Below are positions 26,580-36,186 of a DNA stretch of 64,000 nucleotides, piece by piece. Source of the stretch: Klebsormidium nitens (lineage: Eukaryota > Plantae > Klebsormidiophyceae); assembly GCA_000708835.1 (NCBI GenBank), contig DF237002.1, forward strand, positions 62,001-126,000, given 5' to 3'. Numbering within the stretch: the stretch's first letter is position 1; every line of letters starts with the position of its first letter. Below the pieces are notes generated by a model. The model was given only the letters and a program-made list of their open reading frames with translations, was not told the DNA's origin and ran no database searches. The position numbers and the translations under genes are program-made.

Positions 26580-27757
26580 CGTTTGGGCCCTGGGGCAGAT
26601 CTTACTCAGTAGCACTCCAGATCTGTCGCCCGTCGAAACGCGTAACGCGTGAAACATTATAAGCGATGCTTCAGACCTTTTGTTTTAGGATCAGGAAGGA
26701 GGCATGCTGAAGTATCTATGGCATGAAGGCTGGCATTCTCATATCAGAAGAACCTCGGGAAGGTGTCTAAGTAGATATCCACAAAGGACAGAGGTACGAT
26801 TGGATCCTTACGTTTGCCGACCGTGAATGCTTTCTATATTCCGACTTCAGATAAAACCGAGTCCAATCTTTTGAAAATGTAACGTCGGGCAGCCGTCGGT
26901 GAAACGGCAGCTGGCTGGCCTGGTCACCATGGACATATACTGGGGTTGTTCGGACGATGCATGATTTTGGCTTGACCCGTATTAACCCTTTACCATGCAT
27001 GATTTGGATATGCCACATGCTGCAGCTTGCAGAGCGGAACCTTCTGAGAATGTTCTGGCAATTAAAGAGTACGGAATCTACCGGACAATCTCTTCCTTAT
27101 CAACTCTACAGGGTCTGCGCAACCTCTCAGCCCAGTCTCTATTCTCTAAGATGCATAAGGCTCAGGCCGATGAGAAGCCCTAGGCAAGGTCCGTCAGATC
27201 AGATTATCCTTTACTCATGGAATGACCACGGTCCTTGCACGCGCGTCCATCTTCTGGTACATAATTAGAGACTTCGCCTTGGAGCAAAAACCTGTGTTTG
27301 CGACACATGATTACGATACCTTCGAAAAGTAAGTTATGCCTTCTTCCTCAGGAACTCTTCCGGATGCCTCAGTCCCAGGCTTAAAGTATCTCAAGATCCA
27401 CAGCAAGGAAAACGAGGTTGTACGTTCAATCCCGCTGAAAGGAGTGCATAAAATTCCGCTACGATGTTTCCTCGGTAAAATGCTACGGATTCCGCGGGAA
27501 GGAGCTAAATGTTTTCCGGTCCGGAACGGGCGGAATCGCCTCAAAGGGATTCCGCCCTTGTTCCGCTCCTGACCGTGGAACTCTGTTAGCGCCGAAAGCT
27601 TGGCAACAATAAGAGCCAATTAAGGTGCGCACTACTGTAGTGTAATGCTTCAAATGTTGGCGGACAGCTTGCTACTTTTCAACAAGAAGCCGGTCTGAAA
27701 CGGCTGTGCAAAGCGCGGCGCTCCTTCAAGGGTCAAGATTTACACTCTTCCAAAAAA

Positions 27758-28741
27758 ATGGACAGGCTTGACGCGCCTCTTGTCGACCACCTGCTGACTC
27801 TCCTCGGTCCTGCAGGAGCGTGCAGAGTGGCTGTCCTTTCTAAAGATCACAAGGAGCTGGTGGAAACAAACAGCCTCTGGAAGACATGGTGCGAGCGCGA
27901 GAGTCCTTCGCTTACCACCTCCCCTGCAAAAGAATACGTGGAAGCATTCTATGGAAATCGTGCCAGCTACAAGAAGCTTTTTGCGAAGCTGTCGCGAGAG
28001 CGGAGTGGAGCATCTGTGAAATGGAATCTGAACAAAGACGCAGCTGTGGGCAAGAATAGGGGTTCAAAACTCTCCGATTACGTCATGCTGATGGACGTTT
28101 ACTTGAGGGGCGAAAGCTTCGTGTTTTGTTCAGCCGAGTGCAGCGAGTTGGAGGTTGCAGGCTACCAGGACGATTGGATGTTCCAGAATGGATACTACTT
28201 TGACTGTGAAGGAGTTTGCAAGGCAGTGGTCAGAGCTTTCGTCAATCCTCCAGGACTTAAGGAGGACGTCAGCTCAGCGGTGAAGCACGTGGCCAGTCTA
28301 GATGAGCAGCAAGTAAGCAGATGGCCAAAGCCCGAGCGACAGGAGGTGCTCTTATTCTCCTGGAAGCTGATGCGCAAGAGCGATGGGAAGATCCAGAATC
28401 TGCTAGACCACGAGCCAATGAGCCTAAGCCATCGGACATTCCTTCTGCACCCAGAGTACCGTTTTGAGGCCTTGGCGCCAGTAAGAGATCCAGAAAATTT
28501 AGACTGGACGCTATTCAAGGCCCTGATGCGCTTGCGAAGCTACAGGGAAGAACAGAAGGCGGTTCAATGGGATGGTTGGACTTCTAACCCTCCACAAAAG
28601 CAGGAGGAGTACGCCGTTGAAGTGGGGATTTCTAAGGACTGCTTTGCCAGGGAGTGTCGTGAAGGTAGCGGTGTTTCCTTGAAGTACCTGGATGATTGTG
28701 ACCGCAGGTCTTTGCTAAAAATCGTCATGCTAAGATGGTAA
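27758..28741 (+). CDS. Intronless F-box protein (resembles the plant At2g27310-like F-box group)
   Basis: 327-aa ORF. N-terminal LDAPLVDHLLTLLGPAGACRVAVLSKDHKELVETNSLWKTWC fits the F-box pattern; downstream LSDYVMLMDVYLRG and LLFSWKLMRK segments resemble that family. Confidence 0.75.
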   Translation: MDRLDAPLVDHLLTLLGPAGACRVAVLSKDHKELVETNSLWKTWCERESPSLTTSPAKEYVEAFYGNRASYKKLFAKLSRERSGASVKWNLNKDAAVGKNRGSKLSDYVMLMDVYLRGESFVFCSAECSELEVAGYQDDWMFQNGYYFDCEGVCKAVVRAFVNPPGLKEDVSSAVKHVASLDEQQVSRWPKPERQEVLLFSWKLMRKSDGKIQNLLDHEPMSLSHRTFLLHPEYRFEALAPVRDPENLDWTLFKALMRLRSYREEQKAVQWDGWTSNPPQKQEEYAVEVGISKDCFARECREGSGVSLKYLDDCDRRSLLKIVMLRW

Positions 28742-30147
28742 TGATGAATCTACTGCAAGCTCGTTAAAACAAATTGGTGCGAGACAAACCAGGAGGTCAG
28801 GGTTCCTATTCGGCTTCCAGAGACTCCTGAATTGATGTACAAGATACTTCAAATTCTGAAGTATAGAGACAGGGCAAAATTTCATCGAGCTCAAGAAGTG
28901 TCTCAATAGTCACTTATGTTGACATGGTGATGCGGGAAGAGGTACAGGGTAATGCACTGCTCACATGTTTTGATCCAGGTTGCAGATTGGACAACGCGCT
29001 TTCGTGGCAAGCTCAAATGTCCGAAAGAATGCAGTCCCGTAGTGGAAACCTGCTCATTGTTTCAAACCATGTAAGTCTGTGATCAGTGCAAAATTTTGGC
29101 AAAACTCCCATATATAGATCGTATTTTCTTTCCAAAGCATGGGCGTCCGAACAAGCTCTCAGGCAATCCTAATAGACAACAAACGGGTTGGTGCTCAAGA
29201 GCTGCTGCTATTATGCATGTAAACCAGCTCAGTACTGTTGATCGCGTTATAGCATGTGATGTATAATATATGGCCGGCACAATTGCGTGGAGGCAGGACC
29301 ACGTCCACAGCTGTGTTTTCCAATCATTTCACACTGCGAAAATCGCGACGCTGTTGCATGGAGGTAAGATGGCAATATTCGCCAATCAATTAAGCGCAAA
29401 CACCTCTCCTACAAGATGATGTATGCTGTTCACAACTGGAAATCCAAATCTTGTGACTACTCTTTCGTACGTGATACTTTAGTATTCATGCGCTCCCCCG
29501 CTTTCTCATTGTTCTGAAGTGAGTTCTTGCAATCTGCAACTCTCCACCGCTCTAATCAAATCTCACACGCTTGAAGTCACGGTCAACATTACAACCATCC
29601 AGCTAATTGCGAAGTTCTATCCCGCCCAGACCTCCAAGTGCCGATTTTCGACAGCCGCTTGTCTGGTACGAAGAGTCCTTTTATAGCTTAACTGCCACTC
29701 GTAGGATGACGAATCTACTCTACGAAGCGTCCACTCAAAATCCGGCAACTTCATCTTGTGACCAACTTGCTGATTTCGCGACCAGAGTTCCCTCCGCAGA
29801 AGCTTTCAAGACATGTGCTGATGGGGACTTCAAACCGTCTCCTTGAACGAGGAGCCACCTGCGTTCACCTGACTCTTTCCATTAACGGTCCAGACCCGAA
29901 CACTGGAAAGCGCTCTGCCAGCCGCACGTTGCAGTAGTCTTGCTAGACATACTCCAGGTCCGTCAACATGATCTCAACCCAGCAAGCGAGGGCACAAGGT
30001 CTCCGCGCGAAGCATGTGGGTACTCCCCCGGCTGCGTGTTGCTCGTCCGAGGAGGCCCCGTCCCAAAGCTAAGAATGCTTAGATTTCTAATGCACAATGA
30101 TGTTTTTCAGCGACCGCGCATGCGGTTCGCCACAGACACGCCACGTG

Positions 30148-33100
30148 TCACACCGCCAGGCGCGTCATGGACTGCGTCATCTCCGTGGCGTTCCCGGTCT
30201 TGTGCTTGTCGAAGGAGACCGCGTGGTTCTTCGAGAGATGCTTGGCGGTAACGGGAGAGGTCGCCGACACGGGCTGGTGACGCGCGTCCAGGTGCGCGGT
30301 GTGGCTGCGGATCCAGGGGTGCTCCAGCATCTCGCCCACCGTCATGCGCTGCTCCGGCGACTTGACCAGAGCCTGTGCAGACAGAGGCCATGTGTTAGGG
30401 CCAGCAACGAGCTTTGTCTCACTCTGTCACCTCGTCAATTGTACCGTTAAATTTGAGGCTAGGAAGGCAAAAACATACTTTGTCGATCCATCGAGTCGAC
30501 CTGCACATTGACTTCTCTGCAGGCGTACAACATTAAGAGAAGCGGGTCATCTGTCGACGTCGTCACTCGTTACGAACTGAGCTAGGGAAGGCGAGCGGGT
30601 CATTTGCTGATCTTCGCTCGCAGCAATCAAGGGCCACAATCACACGAAAAAAGTAATAGTTTGTCTTCTAGCTTTCTCCACAGACCGACTCTCACGCAAA
30701 ACTCGATCATGCAAAGCAGCTACCAGAGATGCGGTGCAAATTCTTTTCTTTCATCTTCGCCTACTTCAGCACCTCAAGAGCGGGGCGCCAGAGTGGTATG
30801 CATTATGCACGTCCGTTCTTCGCTTTCCGCCTTTGAAAGTTTGATCTGCAGAATGTGGAGCTGCTTACCTTGGAGATGAAGTGGATGGCGTCGTCGGTGA
30901 GGTGCGCGGGCCAGCCGGAGCGGTCGGTGGGCAGCTCCGACCAGATGATCATGGCGCACGTGACGGCTTCGTCCTCGACCTCGAATGGCGGCTTTCCAAC
31001 GAGCAGCTCGTACGTCAGGATGCCGCAAGCCCTGGGAATCCAAGCAGAGACGGTCACCAACGTAGCGAAGCAAAGGGTTCAAACCGCGTGCGTATTTGAG
31101 GAGGGGGGCCGTGCGGCGCGGTTGGCAGAGCTCAGAGTAAGCGGAATACACTGAGTTCCGAAAAAGGGCGATAAACTGTGCACAGAAAGCTTGAGAAGAC
31201 AGCTGCTGGTGAACTTGATGGGAAAGAAGGTAAGTTGCTCCATCATGCGTACAAATCAAACAAACTCATTTGCCTTGACTTCCATTGTGCACAAGGAAGC
31301 CCTTTCTGTCTGGTATCTCGCCCTACGCAAGTCGAAACCAGCTTGCTTTCCGGATCCAGGTATGAGCAATAGCACGGTCCCAGCACCATTACGATTGCCA
31401 AGCACACACTGACAAAACCGACCGCATCACGGCGTGGCGTTCCTATTTATTGTCCCGTGTTCCTGTCACGAAGAGTTCATCACAATCAGGAAGAGCAATG
31501 GAACATTAGAAGTCAGGCGAACTCACCATGCATCGACTTGCTCATCGTACTCCTTCTGGCCTACGGGCTCTTCTCCCTGAGCAGAGACTGGCAGCATGAG
31601 GATCTCGGGGGCCATGTAGTCAAGCGTACCTGCAATAAGATGCATTTGGTTGATGACTTTCTGGAAGGAAACAGTGTGGCTCGGTTGTGCTGGAGAGGCG
31701 GGTTTGTCGTGGCCTGTGAACGGGCACACGCCCCTCGAGAAAGCTGGATCAGTAGCTCTTAGCAAGAAAGGCTCTTGATGGGGTGCACCCCAATCTGAAG
31801 GGTGCGCCATCTTGATGCACCTTTTAAAGCAGAGGTGAAATGTGAGTCTTTGAAAGGCTGGAGGACTGCAGATGGAGAGGGGTGTGCTTTTTGGAGTCCC
31901 AGGGTTCATAGGAACCTTACCAATCCGGTGAACAAGGCGTTCTGTGTGCTTGTTGATGGCAAGACCAAAATCGCCGAGCTTCACGAGACCATCGGCATCG
32001 ACAAAAAGATTCTCTGGCTTGATGTCCCTGCAAGAATGACGAATGTCTCATCAGCTGCTGGTCTATATCTCAGCGCAAGGCACAGGAGGAACAATGAAGC
32101 AATCATCTCCTTGAACAAAGTGCAACATTGATCTGCACAAAAATGCCTCAGATTCTGGGGCTCTTTTTGCAGAGGACTGAGTTCGTATTGACGTATGGAT
32201 GCAGAATCGCAAGCGGGAATCGGCAAGAATGGAGGAAACTTCAGATCCACTCCAATGCGTACCTGTGAACGATGCCGAGCGCGTGTATATGTTTGAGAGC
32301 ACTGAGAAGGGGAAAGAGCACCTGGAGCGAGATACAACAAGGTCCTGATCAGATGCAGCTAGAGCATCAGCCAAAATGTGGCAGTCAGATCTAAAAAGCT
32401 TTGTATGAGCAATCACAGTCCGAGATGCAAATGCAGAACCCAGTAATGCAAGCGCTTGCAAGAGGAGTTGCTTTGAATGAAGGACATCTCGTGTGCAAGG
32501 GGTCGTGTGAGATGGATGCGGGTCTGACCAGCTTGGCAGCTTCTTCCTCTTTAAGGCGACCCCCGGCGTCCTCCAGCATCTGTAGGACGTCCCCTTTCTG
32601 GCAGTACTCTTGAACCAAGTACATGTTTGCGGTGTCCTCAAAGGAGGCTAACACAGGACAGAGGTACTTGAAACTGCATTCAACAACATAGTTTAGGCAG
32701 TGAGCCAGTGCCCTGTGCACTAACCAGCAAAAAATGGGCTTCAGCTACCCAGACTGTGTGCTTTGCTGAAGTGCGCCAGAAGTATAAACCCTCACTTCCA
32801 TAAAGAAAGTGCACAATTACAAAGCACTGAGGCCATGGAATGCCTTTACAGATCTGCAAGCAATTGGCAACTTGAATACCAAGAAGCTGAATCCACCCTG
32901 TATTCGGGGTTCTAAAACCTCGAGGCAAATGTTTCGGTTTGGAGGGCTTTACTTACGCTCTTGCCTTCTCATCAAGGATATTGATCTCCCGCTCCACTTG
33001 CAGCCTGTTTGCGGCGCTCAGCTTGTTTTTGAAGTATGCTTTGATGGCCGCTAGGAAGCTCGTGCGGATGCATTTTGCAGCCCACACTATTGACGCTCTG

Positions 33101-33633
33101 GAAGTAAAGAACAGACGCTCAGTTTTTGCAGCAACAGTACGCATCCAACAGATCCGAAGACCATGCTGTGCTGGGGGTTTCTAGCATTTCTCAGCTAAGT
33201 TAAAGCAAGCAAGCTGTATGAATAGCATCAGGAAGCTGCAGACTAGAGCTAAGAATCAAATGTGCAGAGCGGTTTCAACTGGTCTGCTCAAATTGACACT
33301 CGAGTCTGACATAGCTCAGGAATCCTTGTGGCTTGCATCTCCATATGTCAGAATTTTCTCTAGATCTTTTGGTGACGAGCGCCAGCTGCTGCATATTGAT
33401 GAGCTTAGCCCATCTTCAGTTGCAGCACAGAAGCTGGACCACACAATAGATACAGAAAGGAGCCAAAAGGGAGATGATCCTCACCTTCCATTGGCTATCT
33501 CCACTCGGTCTTTAAAGTCAGCTAGGCCGCGCCAATACTTTGCCATTAGCGCTAGGTCCTCGTCCGATCTGTCCTCAATCATTGCGGTATTCAAGCCCGC
33601 AACCTTCGAAGGCTTTTGCCCCGCGGCCGGCAT
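30148..33633 (-). CDS. Aurora-like/CALK-type Ser/Thr protein kinase, about 7 coding exons; 3' end uncertain
   Basis: Spliced motifs: NGR|ASIVWAAKCIRTSFLAAIKAYFKNKLSAANRLQVEREINIL, MYLVQEYCQKGDV, LKHIHALGIVHR|DIKPENLFVDADGLVKLGDFGLAI, GTLDYMAPEIL, VDAW|ACGILTYELLVGKPPFE, MLEHPWI. ATG at 33633 lies 1 nt after an acceptor, with an upstream non-coding exon (donor at 33906). Confidence 0.9.
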
Positions 33634-34804
33634 CCTGTGGACCAATTCAGCTCTATCTTAAGTTGTTCTGATTGGGGTTGACAGCATAGTGGAAGCGTCC
33701 TCTTGTTGATACACCTGCTGAGCATTGGGATGCCAAAGCTTGAATAAGTTTCTGCTTTACAGCTTTACAGCAGATACTAAGCTGCTGACAAGTTCCTTCT
33801 TTGCAGCTTTCCAGCAGATACCCAAGCTGGAAGTAGAGTAGTCCTAGCTTCAAACAGGCATCTTCATCAACATTCCTTTGAGTGAAGGGTCTGCACCAGT
33901 ACTTACCTGTTGAAGATGGATCACGGCCAACCTCAGGAGCCTAATTAATACCTCGGTTCCTTCCACTCCAATCTTTTACAGGACAGGCAAACTTCTCAAA
34001 CAACCATGTCCTTCTTTCGGCCAAGAAGGAAATGGATCAGTCCCTTCACCAACAAGCGCCACAAGCTTCAATGTATCCCAGGTGATGGCAAACGTCCACA
34101 AAGGCGCCCTGTCCGCTTCGAAAACGCTTCTGTGGCAGCAGCACCACATCATTGATCAGGCCAGCTTCGAGGCGCGAGCTCCCATCATTGACGAACAACA
34201 GATCTACCTATATGCTCCTTGCATGTCCTGACCTAAGATTACGGAAGTCAACAAGCAAACTTAGCCAAGCCGGGTCGTTAAGAACTGCAGTTGCGTCTGA
34301 ATTAATGACTTATTGGAAAGTGTGCAGGCATGGATTCCTAGCTCTAGCCCTTTGTGAGTCACGACGATTTCGCTACATAGCGCTGGTACCTACCATATTA
34401 CCTCTCCTCAGCCTACATATGGTATCTGCGTACCTATTTGGGTGAGAATTTCCTGTTCTGATCTACCTATGTGTACGGTACCGACATCTGCTACATCCTA
34501 GATCCAACCACCAGGGAGGTTGTATCTGATGTCAGATGAATGTCAACAAATGAACCGGCATGCAGCATCCTTGTAACAATGTAAGTTGTCATTGTAGCTA
34601 GGACCAGTCCAACGTTCCTGGATAAAGTGCTGCAAAAAGTGCATTTCAGAAGAAATTTCAAGCATAAAATCTTTTTTGGTAGATTTGCAGGCGGAAGAAC
34701 GGAATGGAATTCAAGGCTACTCAATGACTGAGCGGAATCACTCCAGGAATCAGTTCCGTCTATCAAGCAGGGAACCTGTTTCTGACAGCTTTCTGATAAG
34801 GATA

Positions 34805-34992
34805 AAGTTTAATACCTATAATTAAGGATCTAAGAGCTATAAGACACGCCCGGCGAACGGGTGGGGCTGGTATGGTGGTTAGGGTGGGTTCGGGTGCGGA
34901 GCACGTCATGTTTGTTGGTTAGGGTTTTTAGTTAGGTTGCTGCCCCGGGTACTTCCTTATGGGTATTAGATCCTAATATAGGTATTAAACTT
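34805..34992. mobile_element. MITE-like element, 188 bp, with about 28-bp terminal inverted repeats
   Basis: Left aagtttaatacctataattaaggatctaa versus reverse complement of the right end aagtttaatacctatattaggatctaa. G-rich interior; target-site duplication ambiguous (gata/gatg). Confidence 0.55.
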
Positions 34993-35371
34993 GATGGATA
35001 TGCTTTCTGGCCTTGTTCTATCCGGATCTGATTGCAGGCCGGAAGTGCAGCCAGGTATGTACCGTGCACGTACTCCAAGGCGCCTGACCATACCTAGGTT
35101 TGGGAGCTACTTCCTGATTGGAGATGTTGCCTTTGAAAATCACATCTCAATTCTCAACTGCTTCCTCTGCAGCCAATGATCTCTCAGGCCCGATTTGGAA
35201 ATTGCAACCAGGCTAAATGCAGACGATGAATGTACATTTTCTTGAGAGGACTTTGGACATTCGCGCGCGCACAGACTGGATACCCTCGACTCTGAAGCGT
35301 CGATAATGTCATATCGACGGTTGCTGGGTCCCGACAAGAAAGCTGTCGGATCGGACGCGTTCAAGTTGCCA

Positions 35372-35440
35372 GGCACCGTCCGACGGTGCCGACGGTCGAC
35401 GGTGCGACGGTCGACGTCCGACGGTGCCGACGGTCGACGC
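35372..35440. repeat. Short tandem array of (c)cgacggt-type 6-9 bp units
   Basis: ccgtccgacggtgccgacggtcgacggtgcgacggtcgacgtccgacggtgccgacggtcgacg. Confidence 0.85.
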
Positions 35441-36186
35441 GTGCATACCGTACCGCTGTGGAGCAATTGCAAATGTTGAATGATGTCACACTGATAATAT
35501 GCATTTGCGTATTGACCTATCATATCATGTGCGCCTGCCAGGCAACCCGGCGTATATTGTAGTTGAAAGAAGACCATCATTCTTGGACGATTATATGATG
35601 TATGTATCACGATGGGTATATGTATTATCAATGGTCACGCGTATGCATGTCGCATAGGCCCTTTGGTTAGACTGCACTCATTGGTGCGGAGCCGGTTCAA
35701 CTTAAGAGGGCCTTATCGAAAGCAATAATCGAAGAGCAGATTAGTGGTGCGTCTAAGTTACATGCACTGACGCACGTGCGCGTAAATCAGAGGAATTCGA
35801 GCCGCGCTATGATGATGTAGCTGTGAAATCTAATGTAGAGTAGTAATATTTCATGGCATCGCTTTTGCGCACCTACATCTGAAACGTTATGTCGAAAACT
35901 TGAGCCTTGAATGAGGTGCTAAGCATAGCGCCCAATAAGGTGGCATGACTACGTTACAATGGGAACTTGAACTTGGATAACAACGTAGCGGATCTCGCCG
36001 TAGGCTGGATATTCGACAATCGACTTGTCCAAAACGTTATTTGGCACACCGATCACTCTTTTCTTTGGTGATTGATATAAGCTCTGATACCTCAACAATG
36101 CTCAATTGTTGTTCTATTTACATGTTCAACCTATAAACGAATGGTTTGAGGGGTTTGTATGTTATATGCTCAAGTCATCGAGCTTG

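Noticed and set aside
26700-27270. Short protein-like frames downstream of GT47
   Set aside because: Interrupted by stops, no recognisable motif and no coherent exon chain.
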